From Mobula birostris (taxonomy: Eukaryota), in the NCBI RefSeq assembly GCF_030028105.1, contig NC_092374.1, forward strand, positions 189,417,074 through 189,481,073: a DNA stretch of 64,000 bases. The letters run 5' to 3'. Made by a program: the position numbers and the translations under genes. Positions within the stretch are counted from its first letter, which is position 1. Every line of letters begins with the position of its first letter. Under the pieces are notes generated by a model. It did no database searches. It was not told the origin of the DNA and worked only from the letters and a program-made list of their open reading frames with translations. This document shows positions 11,631-23,120 of the stretch, one piece after another.

Positions 11631-12764
11631 GTGGGTCCATTACCTTTTCAAACCCCGTAAATTTTTCTTAAAATTAACCACGATTTATTCCCTTTCTCTT
11701 CTAATCTCAATCCATTTACAATAGATCAGATCAGGTCTGAGATAGATCTATGATTTCTAGGAACATGCATTCTGAGTAGAAAACTCCAGACATAACTTTG
11801 TTGCCCTATTCATTCTGGTCCCTCTATGGGTCAGTCAGAGCTTGACTGCAATTGATGGGATTCACTCAAGTTCAACACCACTGATACCACTCTAAAACTG
11901 AGATTTATGTTTGAGCTCGTCTCTCCTTCACCTGCCTGTATGACTGCATGTCTTATTAAACAGACTGTCACAAATTCCCTGAGGTATAATTGAGACAATA
12001 AAGACTCTCAAAGGACGGTGGTGGTCAGAACACTAAATATTTTGTGTCACAGGGTTAGAGAGTGGCCAATACGCCGGCAATCCTTAACACAGTAAATGAC
12101 CTTCTTCCCTCCTATATTGCGCTCTATTTTTCATTTATCCACGCGTCTATCTAAGAATCTTATTTGTGTCTCTAATGTATGTACCTGTACCATCACCCCA
12201 GACTGTGCATTCCATGCACCAATGACTTTCTATGTAAAAAAACATATCTCTGATATCTGCTCTATAGTATCATCCAACCACAGTAAAATTATGCCCATTT
12301 CTGAATGGCTATCCACTCTTATTGTCTGGAAAAAGGTGTTGACTGCCCACCCTTATACACCTTAATATATCTCTGACATTTTTCCATTAGCAGATGTTTT
12401 CATGGCTATAAGTCATAGATGCAAGGCAAAAGGCACAAGCAATAGAAGGGAACTTTTTTTATGAAATGGTTATGGGCTAGTTAAAACAGAGTCAATTCTA
12501 CTCTGATGTCTTATGATCTTATGATCTTATGGACTTCCTGCTTTCAAACTAGTGGCTTTATTTTTCTCTGGGCTTGATCCTGGGTTGAAATAAAACACTT
12601 TTAATTAACCTACAGTCACTTTCTGATGCTTAAACCTTCAGATTCAGCACTTTAGTTTTGATTGCCTTGAACTTGGCAGAAAAGTATTATGTGAATTACT
12701 AATAATGGGAAAAATGTTAAATTTAGATCTATTTAGAAATGTAGAAATCTGGTCCAAATGAGTT

Positions 12765-12950
12765 TGTGCTGCTCATTACACCCATGTGACAATTATCATA
12801 CTCAAACAAACATCTTTGGAAATTGGGAGGAAACCAAGGCACCTGGAGGAAACTCACACAGGCATGGAGAGAACATGCAAACATTTCACAGACAGCAGTA
12901 GGGAATAACCCTGTGTTGCTGCCTCTGTAAGAACCTTACACTAGCACTTT
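12765..12950 (-). mobile_element. tRNA-derived CORE/HE1-like SINE fragment
   Basis: ggaggaaaccaaggcacctggaggaaactcacac...gcaaac...cacagacagc is the reverse complement of the SINE body seen at 54700-54900. Confidence 0.65.
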
Positions 12951-12989
12951 GGTATTGAGCTGTCCCATAAACTCAGTCAATGAGGACAA

Positions 12990-14375
12990 GTCGGAAAAAT
13001 TGTCAAAAATTAAATCAGTGATAGAAGTCATCTGAATGCTGAATGAGGGTGGTGAATTTGCAAAATTCATTGCCACAGCTGGCAATGGAAGTCAAGCCAT
13101 TGGGTATATTTAGAGCAGAGGTTCATAGGTCCTTGATTTGTAAGGGCATCAAAGGTTACGACAGAATGCAGGAGAATGGAGTTGAGAGGGAAAATTTCAA
13201 AAAAGCCACGATGGAATGGTGGAGCAGATTCAATGGGCCAAATGCCCTAATTCTGCTCCCATGTCCTTTGGTCTAATCCCAAGCAGGAATGAATTGATAT
13301 GAATGATGTTGAATGCCACATGATTTTTGAACAGTAGACGGGTCATATTCTGCTTGGAGGTTAGTGACCAGTGATGTGCCTCAGGGATCTGTTCTGGGAC
13401 TCCTACTCTTTGTGATTTTTATAAATGACGTGGATGAGGAAGTGGAGGGATGGATTAGTAAATTTGCTGATGACAGAAAGGTTGCAGGTGTTGTGGGTAG
13501 TGTGGAGAGCTGTCAGAGGTTGCCACGGGACATTGATAGGATGCAGAACTGGGCTGATAAGTGGCAGATGGAGTCCAACCCAGATAAGTGTGAGATGGTT
13601 CATTTTGGTAGGCCAAATATGATGGCAGAATGTAGCATTAATGGTAAGACTCTTGGTAGTGTAGAGGATCAGAGGGATCTTGGGGTCTGAGTCCATAGAA
13701 CACTCAAAGCTGCTACGCAGGTTGACTCTGTGGATAAGAAAGCATACGGTGCTTTGGCCTTCATCAATCATGGGATTGAGTTTAAAAGCCGAGCTGTAAT
13801 GTTGCAGCTATATAGGACCTTGGTCCGACCCCATTTGCAATACTGTGCTCAATTCTGGTCACCTCACTACAGGAAGGACGTGGAAACCATAGAAAGGGTG
13901 CAGAAGAAATTTACAAGGATGTTGCCTGGATTGGGGAGCATGCCTTATGAGAATAGGTTGAGTGAACTCGGCCTTTTCTCCTTGGAGTGACGGAGGATGA
14001 GAGGTGACCTGATAGAAGTGTTCAAGATAATGAGAGGCATTGATCGTGTGGAGAGTCAGAGGCTTTTCCCCAGAGCTAAACAGCTAGCATGAAAGGGCAT
14101 AGTTTTAAGGTGCTTGGAAGTAGGTACAGAGGAGATGTCAGGGGTAAGTTTTTTACGCAGAGAGTGGTGAGTGCATGGAATGGGCTGCTGGCGGCAGTGG
14201 TGGAGGAGGAAGCGATAGGGTCTTTTAAGAGACTCCTGGATGGCGACATGGAGCTTAGAAAAATAGAGGACTATGTGTAAAACCTAGGGAGTTCTAAGGT
14301 AGGGACATGTTCGGCACAGCTTTGTGGGCCGAAGGGCCTGTATTGTGCTGTAGGTTTTATGTTTCTATGTTTCTA
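12990..14375 (+). mobile_element. CR1 3' fragments (RT C-terminal half)
   Basis: PQGSVLGLLLF, FADD, HLQYCAQFWSPHYRKD; tail gggccgaagggcctgtattgtgctg...(tttctatg)n. Confidence 0.9.
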
Positions 14376-14983
14376 GTACAATTTTCTTTCTGTCAGGAAA
14401 AATTTCATTGATGATTAATCTGGTTTAATGATTATTTTGAATGCATCAGTAGGATGACGAAGGATTTGGCGAGATAATTCTTATTCTCAAAGGTTTCTTC
14501 TGAGGACAGGGCCAAGATATAGAATTCTCAGATCTGGTTTTGGTTCTTTTTATGTGCTTTCATCTTCTCTGTGCAGAAGAGGCCATTTTACTTCATGATT
14601 CTAGCAGTATTATCAGCGATGGATAACTTTTTTGAATCGTAGTTTATTCCTGTTTTGTTCTTGAAATCTCTGATTGATTCTCGCATCGATCTCTACTCAT
14701 GCAGATAGTGAGATGCTGATCACAGCCACTCTCTATCAATCCCATGTTCCAGCCACTCCCCATTTTCACCCTTTATTCCTGTAACCCCTGATCCTTAAAC
14801 TATCTAGTTATGGGAACAGCGTCCCTCCCTTTACTCTGATTAAACCATTTGTGATCTTGCAAATCTTTATCAGCTCTCCTGTTGATCTCATCTTCACCAG
14901 TCTGCTGTGTTTTCTACTTTAAGCCAAGTTTAATTAATTTCCCAGTGTTGACAAAATCACAATGCATGTCTATCCCTTTTCAA

Positions 14984-15100
14984 GTCAGAAGCCACTGAGG
15001 CCAATCCACATTCGTTTAATTGCAACTATTGCTCTGATAGCTTTCATCACAGTTATCCTCTTCATGATCTATTGGAAGAGAGCACCAAAGTCCAATGAAG
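14984..15100 (+). CDS. Gene A exon 4, transmembrane exon (QKPLRPIHIR-LIATIALIAFITVILFMIYW-KRAPKSNE)
   Basis: 20-residue uncharged hydrophobic run at 15016-15075 followed by a KR stop-transfer motif; phase-1 donor AAG|GCAAGT. The 5' boundary is uncertain because no intact phase-1 AG is present. Confidence 0.7.
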
Positions 15101-16801
15101 GCAAGTACTCTTGAATATTAAGTCACACAGTGTAGTCCCTGGTAATATCCCATCACAATATTTGGTCTCAAGTTAGTCTTTGTTAATGGGACCTCTGGAT
15201 CTTGTCCGTTCAGGTATGGTCTCACTGGACTAGTGACTGCCTCCTGGCAATAATTAGTGGAGTGAGACTATACAACCTCCTGGGCAGGAATTCAAAGCAC
15301 TTCCTTGAACTGAGGGGAAAACAGCCCACAAGTGTGCATCATGAAATTTAGTGACTATAAAATACGATGCTTTGTAAAGTGATTCTTGTTCCAACCCCTT
15401 TTGTAGTGTGCCACAGAGTATCTCAGGTGCTCAACACACACAACCTTTGGGATATTCCTTCACTTAAGAATGGTAAGCACCGTTTCTCAGCCTATGACTG
15501 CAGAAAGAAGTTTTTGCAATGCCTGGTGGTTCTTCTATTGAACAAATTAAAGGATACTATTCGACATATATATTCAACAAAATGAGTCCCATTTCAGGTA
15601 TTGGCACCCTGGCCATTCTTCACACCTTGACCTACACAACCCTTATTCCCATGGTTCCAACCCACAAAACTGGGCACGCCCTCTGCCTTTGCTTGACTGG
15701 CAATACCAACCTGATCAGACAAGCTCTGCCCCAGCTACAAATCTCAAACATTTCTTCACCACCAACAGAATGGAACTCAGATTCCTCTTTGTAGTCCAGC
15801 ACATAAAGGAATGGTCTTCCCTTGCATGTTCTCCAATGCTTGGAATATGGATTTCCTTTCTGTTCATCAACCAGCGGTGTGCCTCTTATAGGGTCTAAGA
15901 ATATGCAAGGTCAAAGTTTGAACTACATTTAGGAGCTCAGTTCACAAGAGTAATATCTGAGTTGCCAGGAGCCAAGGTAACTCCTAGTGAAGAGAGATGC
16001 ATTGCAGAACAGGAATACCTGTTGCTCTGAAGAGCCATGTAATGGACTCTGCTCTTAAAAGTTTATGTGATGTTCTTGTATCTGTATTCAACTTAGAGTA
16101 GGTCACAGATAATGTAATCTCTTAGCTGTGCTGCACGTGCTTCATTATGAATTGCAAATATTTCTTGAATGTTGTGCACAGATGGAGGAGATTGAAGCAA
16201 CACAGAGATTACAGCACAAAATCATTATTGTGAGGAAATTAAAGAAAAAAAATATTCTGGGAATCTTTCAATTGAGATTAAAGGTGATTAAAATATTTAT
16301 GAATTGGACAGTCTGAAGAACAAGTGAGACAGCCTGAAAGGAAGGAATGGTTTATTTGGAAAAGTGAAATTTCAGACACTGAGTCAAGCAATGTTAATGG
16401 CAGTAACTTGCTTGGATTTCTGTTTCCATCCCACCCTGCCTGCCCTCCACACTATCTATAATTCTGCTACTTCACCATATTTGAATGTGTCACTGTATGT
16501 CAACTTCCAGGGTGTCAAAGGAAAGGATAAAGGAGGACAGGAACAGCGAAGCCTTGGGAACATTGTCTGTAGGATAAACCAATCCAACTTCTGGTCTTTT
16601 CCCTTGTGGTATTTTAAGCAGAACTGTACAAATCCAAAGTTCTGCACATTGTCTCTTCAATCATTTTTTTCCAGTTTGAGAAACTCTTTCATATTTCCTC
16701 TCAATCTCCGATTTCTTACAAAACTGGTGACATGAGCAGAATATGACATGTAGAATTGAACAATTCTATTCTGCTCTCCATCTTTGTTGCTGCCTACACA
16801 G

Positions 16802-16880
16802 AAACCTGTGTCATTTCTCTGCCACCATGCAGTGTTACATATTCCTCTACTTTGGGTACAGATAATTCGCCATTGCCTAT
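16802..16880 (+). CDS. Gene A candidate cytoplasmic exon 5 (ETCVISLPPCSVTYSSTLGTDNSPLP)
   Basis: Pyrimidine-rich acceptor ...gcctacacAG and donor |GTAAGG; open when entered in phase 1, exits in phase 2. Confidence 0.45.
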
Positions 16881-17869
16881 GTAAGGTCTGAATGGGAAGT
16901 TTTATATCCAATAACACAGACCTTTCTTATATTGTGGAAATTGGAGATGATTAGGGATGATCAACAATTCTTTTGGAGGGAACATTCAGGATGACTAACA
17001 TCATGATGTAAATGTCAATTCACCTAGAATTTACACAGGTAGTTTCTTAAATTGTATTATCTATGAAGAATACTCCCACTTCCTTTTACTGTGAAGAAAG
17101 GAACTCCACTATGGTTATTATTTTTCCTTCCGAATAAATGATTTTACTTGGTCCAAAGTCTACTGTACAGCTTTGATATCAATGAGATATAACAGGATAC
17201 CTCATCCCTGGTGGAAGTTTATAAATGGGCCTGGATGGCAGCTGGGTAGGTCAGGGAAAGGGAGTTCCCACAGTCTACCTATTGATGCTATGATCAGACT
17301 CGCCTGAGATGTCCTTGTGTTTGTGTGGTCAGTCAGGTTTCTAAATGGATAAAGTATGGCTGGTGGAAGGACTCAGCAAAGGTTACCTTTAAGTGGAAGA
17401 ATATTTGGAGAAAATATTCACTTAAAAGAAAACAGAAGGAGAATCCAGACATGGTTCCAAAAGTGATTGCTTTTTATTTAAAGCTCCTAATACTGAAAGG
17501 AGAATTGAATCAGTGCTTATGCTGTGATCAGGAGAGCAAACCTTGCCAATGACCAGGTCAGTACAAGCTGCAAAAGTCTGTTGGGCTTACTCTCTCCCAT
17601 TATCTCCACTTTCCTCAGTTTCAATAACAAATATCCAGTGATACTTTCAACAAGAGCAAAGTTACCCACACCCTGATCAGTTTCCCTCCTTCTCCACCTG
17701 AATTCTAGTCTTCTATCTGATGGTGTGGGGGAGAATCCATTTGATAAAGGCTTCATGCTTTGCAGAAGAGAATTTCAATTTGATTATGTCACAATGTTAC
17801 AGCACATCTCACTCAGTCCATTGTATCCACACCATCCAAACAGAGCTACCAATACCAACTCCTCTCCAG

Positions 17870-17909
17870 CTCTGTCTGCACTATTATAGAATACAGCACA
17901 TCAGATGTG
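17870..17909 (+). CDS. Gene A candidate cytoplasmic exon 6 (ISVCTIIEYSTSDV)
   Basis: Acceptor ctcctctccAG and donor GTG|GTGAGG; enters in phase 2 and exits in phase 0, matching both neighbours. Confidence 0.4.
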
Positions 17910-19139
17910 GTGAGGGTTTCTGTCTTCTCCTCTTTCAGTAGGCAAGTCTCAAACAGCCATCAAAATTTTCAGTTTTCTTCCAACCTTACCATAGAATCAG
18001 GGCTTCAGAGCAAATGGATAGGTCTCCTTTCTCTTTATCAACCCCCACTACTCAACTCTGTCCTCTAGGACAGACAGCAAGTATTGCGGAACTGGGCAGG
18101 GCAGTTTCATCCATTAGTTACTCTGCTGAGAAATGCCTCAGCCATGTGGAAGTAACAGTGCACCCATCTGCCAGAATACCAATACTCCCTTGTTCTTTAA
18201 TTGTGGGATCTGGTGTGTACTGATAAGGCCAGCATTTATCACCTACCCTTAAATGCTCTTGAGAAGGTGGTGGAGAACTGCCTTTCACCGCTAGAATCTA
18301 TTTCGAGGACTGCTGAGGAAGGTTTTCCAGGCTTTAGACTCACCAAAGGTAAACAAACAGGTGGCCACTTCATTAGTTACTTCCTGTACCTAATAACACC
18401 TTGTATTCCATCTGGGTAGCTTCCAACTTCATTGCATGAATATGCTTTCTCCATGCAGTTAAAAATCCCTCTTGCTCCCCTCTTCTTCTATTCTTCCCTT
18501 TGGCATCTTACCCCTTCCTTTCCAATCAAGAAGGAGGTCAGTCTGAAAAGCCGACTGTGTACTCATCTGAGTAGATGGTGCCAGACCTGCTGATTTCCTC
18601 CAGCAATTTGGTGTGTTTGCATCATCTGTCAAATTTCTCGTGTTTATGCTTACCATCACCTTCTCAAGGCCAATTAAGGATGAGTAACATACAGTAGCTT
18701 TCTCAGTGATGCTCTGATCCAGAGAAAAGAAATAAAAATCAAAATTACAACATGACCCCAGAACCCATTCGTTGACCATGGTGGGATCTGATGAGGTCAT
18801 TTAAGGGTTGTTTCATCCTGATCACATGAAGTCTGCTCTCAGGTGCTTTCAACATGGCCCGGATGTTAGATTGATGGGATTGCAAGAACAGGATGACACC
18901 TCTGTCATAATTTCATGAGTTTCTCTGTAGTCTTTTTCCAATTTATCGAGCTTGTCTCTAATCTTTGGTTTTGTGTGTTTTCTCTCACTCCCTCATCTTG
19001 CATTTGTTGCTAGCAACAAGATATCTCTTTAAACAATTTCCTTCTGATTTCTGTTCCTTCATCACTGGGCATTTTTCCGATAAATGTTTCTCCCACCCTG
19101 TTTCATTCTGACTGCGTGCTTTGTTCTTTCTGCTGCTTA

Positions 19140-19560
19140 AGACCATAAGAGAATAAGATATAGGAGCAGAAGTGGGCTGATGGAGTCTGCTCCGCCATTC
19201 AATCATGGGCCGATCCAATTCTTCCAGTCATCCCCACTCCCCTGCTTTCACCCCATACCCTTTGATGCCCTGGCTAATCAACAGCCACTCGTGGCAAAAA
19301 ACTCTACCGATTGACCACCCTCTGACTAAATTAATTTCTCCGTATCTCAGTTCTAAAAGGACGTTCTTCAATACTGAAGTTGTGCCCTCTTGCCCGAGAA
19401 GCCCCTACCATGGGAAATAACTTTGCCATATCTAATCTGTTCAGGCCTTTTAATATTCGGAATGTTTCTATGAGATCACGCCTCATTCTCCTGAACTCCA
19501 GGGAATACAGCGCAAGAGCTGCCAGACGTTCCTCATATGGTACCTTCCATGAGTTCATGA
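19140..19560 (-). mobile_element. CR1 3' fragment
   Basis: YEERLAALALYSLEFRRMRRDLIETFRIL in ORF 19331-19675; accataaga tail. Confidence 0.85.
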
Positions 19561-20425
19561 ATCCAACAGAACCCCTTTCAATCTCTTTTAGCCATCTCAG
19601 TGTGACTAAGATATGGTATGAGGCTTTTCCGCCCAGACTGGGTGGGAGAGAGTGACTACAGGACATTTGAAACATGAGTAGAGTTTGAAAATTTTACAGA
19701 ACTTGCATTTATGTATTGACTTTATGTAGTAAAAAATTTCATGGGAACTTGATGGTGTTAATGATCTATTGGCACTGTGCCCATTAACAAAAACTGAAGC
19801 CAGGCAGCCAGAGGCTCAATCACTAAGTTTTACAGAGGTAGAAAAATATGACAGGATTCGGATGGATTTCATTGTTTCAGGATTTTACAACTGATGGGAT
19901 GTAGCAATCTAATCAGTTTGTAGCTACCTCCAGAGATGAGACAAAGGTTTATAGAGGATTATACAGCTCAGAGAGATTACAGTCAAGAAGGGGCAAGTCC
20001 CCATGGGAGAACAAAAAAGTATTCTGTTTTTAAATCACCAATAAGTTTTGTCCCATTATCAAAGCAGTTGTAGAGATTATGCAGCTCAATGTGGTTTGAA
20101 TGCAAACTTCAGAAACTGTGGAAACTGCAGGAATAACCAGTCACTTTGGTCCCACACCATGGGTTGAGTAAAAATGCAGGCGAGTAATCAGATAACAGGT
20201 AGGACTGGGACAAAAAACAGCAGAGTGAGAGAGCAGTCAGTGCTAAATGAACTAACCATATCACATTTAAAACAATCCTGATAAGCTGATAACCTTCATG
20301 GTTATATCCACTTATTACTCAGCTTTGGATCTTTTAAGATTGCTGGTGAACAATAAGGAATAATCAAACCTTTATCTGCATCACACTGACAGTACAGATT
20401 TCCTTCAAAAATACCGACATTTTAG

Positions 20426-20560
20426 AAATCTGTCTGCACAAGACCACAGGACGTGACTCTGTACACTGAGATATTCCAGCAATATTCCACAAGACATTAT
20501 GGAAGCTTCTCTATAGCCAAACAACATAGCTCTCCCTCCCCTCAGTATAAAGGTCCCTAA
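20426..20560 (+). CDS. Gene A candidate terminal coding exon with ITSM (KSVCTRPQDV-TLYTEI-FQQYSTRHYGSFSIAKQHSSPSPQYKGP*)
   Basis: Acceptor cattttAG at 20424-20425, phase 0; TxYxxI motif at 20456-20473; TAA at 20558-20560; AATAAA downstream at 20845. Confidence 0.5.
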   Translation, partial: KSVCTRPQDVTLYTEIFQQYSTRHYGSFSIAKQHSSPSPQYKGP

Positions 20561-20844
20561 CAATTAGAAAACACTTTTGACATTACTTTATAATACAAAG
20601 TCTCTTTGTTTCACAGTATACTTTAAAGATTACACAGAGCTTTTCAATTCATTGATTTCCAGTGCTAAAATGTGTCTCCGTGTCCAAAAACTATCCTGTA
20701 TTCTGCTCCGTTTAGATAATTTTCTGCATTATCTCCTTGGACTATATCTTTCAAGAACAAGTCAGATAATCACAAGGTCTAAACACATGTTCTTTGAAAT
20801 TACTTTCTTTCCAGCCACAGAGACATTTACATCAACTGGATTCC

Positions 20845-20850
20845 AATAAA
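20845..20850 (+). terminator. Candidate polyadenylation signal of gene A
   Basis: AATAAA about 285 nt after the predicted stop codon. Confidence 0.35.
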
Positions 20851-21134
20851 AGACGGCAAAGTCCAAGGGCACAGCTCACAATGACATACAGTCCTGATGT
20901 GAACACCTTGTGGCAGCAGCAAACATGGAAGAGGAGTTCGACAATCAACACATCACTGCATGAAACATAAACATGGCATTGAAGTGTACTTTACTCCCAG
21001 CAATTTCCTGTACTGCCTACAGCTGATACATTGGCTTACACATTGGGAGAGCGGACCATGTGTTGGAACAGGTTTCCAATGAGAAGCTGGATAAACCCAA
21101 AAAGAAATGTTGGAAATAAACCATAGGGCAATGA

Positions 21135-23120
21135 GTTCTAAGGGGAAATAGGGAGGTAGATGCATGATTTATACCTCACAGATGAGTTTTGAAGAAGTGT
21201 GATGGATGGATAGCTTTCATTGAAGGAAGATCAGGGAAGACTCACTAGGTTCATTCATGGTATCAAAGGGTTACCTTATAAGGAAAGATTGGGTAGGTTG
21301 AATCTAACCTGATCGGAGGTTATACGGTAAACCCCTGACTGTACTGATGATTAAGATTCTGCATAAATTTGACAAGATCGATGCTGAGGTAATGTTTCTC
21401 CTTATGTTGAATCTAGTTTGAGAAAATATCACAGTTTAAGGAGGCAACAAAATGGAGTTTCTTTTCAGGGGATTGTAAACATTTGTACTTTGTGGAGGCT
21501 GAATCATTGTGTATTTCAAGGCTGCAACTTCCAGATTTTTAGTCTACAGTTAGTCAAAGGTTATGCAGGAAAGTTGAGCTTAAGCCATAGACAGATCAGA
21601 CATGATCTTTGGCAGAGGAGCTTGAGGATTTTGAAGGAAACCACTGCCTCTACATGTGTATACTCAGGTAGAAGTGCTGTGCATGAGCTGTCAACCACAG
21701 TGTATTTCCACCATTTCCCTTTTGTTATGGTTATCATTCGGCCATGACATTTTGTATTTTATTCAATTAACTTTTTTTTTACTGATGCATTTCCCTGTGT
21801 GATGGTGGTATGTTTGCTCTTTTCCAACATAAATGTGTTGTCATTTTTTAATAAAGCATTTGGAATTGGTATGGCTTTAAACAAAGGTGCTCGGTGGTGT
21901 GACTTAGAAGGGCCCATTGACTTAGAAATTCCAGCATGCGTTGAAGGAGTAATGTGCTGGAATGGTGAAGAAGCAGTGGAACTACTGCCAGCAAAAAAAA
22001 ATGTTGCTGCAGGAACTCAGCAGTTCAAGGAGCATCGGATTGTAAAGGTGGAGTGGGGGGTGGGGGGAGGGGGACAAAGAGATTCTCAAAGCTCTGGATC
22101 AGGACCTCAGATCAACTACTATTTGGTCAAACCACATCGGAGATTGAGATCAAAAGCTTTGCTGGTAAGTGACCGGTTTCAGGTTCACTGAAGGAAGTTC
22201 TCAGAGAATCTTCCTAAAGGGGAAAACTGCAGTGAATAAAAGACGGGTAGGTGGGGGCATGGTCTGTATCTAGCAGATGAGTTACAAAGAAGCGTGATGG
22301 GTTAATAGCTTGTATTGGAGGTAGATCAAGGAAGACTTACTAGGTCCATTCATGGGATCAAAAGGTTATCTTATAAGGAAAGGTTGAGCAGGTTGAATCT
22401 ATGCTAATCTGAGGTTATATAGTTAACTGCTGAACATGCTGAAGATTAACATTCTGACTAGATTTGACAAATTGATGCTGAGATAATATTTCTCCTTATG
22501 GGGAATCTAGAACTGGATATGTAGTTTCAGAAAATATCACAGTTTAAGGTGGTATCAAAATGGAGTTTCTCCTCATGGGATTGTAAACATTTGGACTTTG
22601 TGGAGGCTGAATCATTGGAATTTGCAGCCTTGCAATACACAGGTTCTTAATCTGCAGCTAGTCAGGGGTTACACAGTAGAGTTGAGCAAAGCCAAAGCAA
22701 GATCAGATATGATCTTACTGAATGACAGAGCAGGTTTGAGCATCTTGAAGTAAACCACTGCCTCTACATATGTATGCTCAGGTAGAAGTGTTGAGCATGA
22801 GCTGTCAACCACAGTTTATTTCCATCATTTCCAGTTTGTTACAGTTATCATTCAGCCATGTATGTTTTTATTTAATTTAATTTAATTATTAAACTAGACA
22901 TTTAACTTTTTTATTGATGTATTTCCCTGTGTAATGGTACTATGCCCACTCTTTGCCAGCACATTTGTGTTCTCCTTTTGTCAACAAAACATTTGCAATT
23001 GTTATGGCTTTCAACAAATTGTGCCTCAGTGGTCTGGCACAGAAGAGGTCCAGTAACAACACTGACCTAGAAATTCCATCAGGCCTTAAAGAAGCAATGC
23101 ACTGCAATGTTGAAAATGCA
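21135..23120 (+). repeat. Diverged direct duplication with ~1.1-kb period (21135-21975 vs 22240-23120)
   Basis: Collinear matches such as aaccactgcctctacat.tgtat.ctcaggtagaagtg...gagctgtcaaccacag in both units. Confidence 0.85.

Larger units (their letters stand above)
960..12360 (+). repeat. Segmental duplication, copy A (paralogous to ~50360-63050)
   Basis: Collinear non-repeat matches, e.g. 963-1090 with 50367-50490, 1880-2010 with 54010-54140, 4560-4900 with 57110-57470, and 9650-12360 with 60540-63050. Confidence 0.9.
4283..20560 (+). other. Gene A: CD2/SLAM-family receptor (leader-IgV-IgC2-TM-cytoplasmic ITSM), 7-exon model, possibly pseudogenised
   Basis: Exons chain in compatible phases (1,1,1,1,2,0) except at the IgC2-to-TM junction. 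The IgV lacks the canonical B-F cysteines and the IgC2 has the SLAM-type four-Cys pattern. Paralogous to gene B in exons and introns. Confidence 0.8.

Noticed and set aside
14577-14642. Hydrophobic stretch KRPFYFMILAVLSAM after a good acceptor, as the TM exon
   Set aside because: It is too short, in phase 0, and stops immediately; 15016-15075 is a much better TM.
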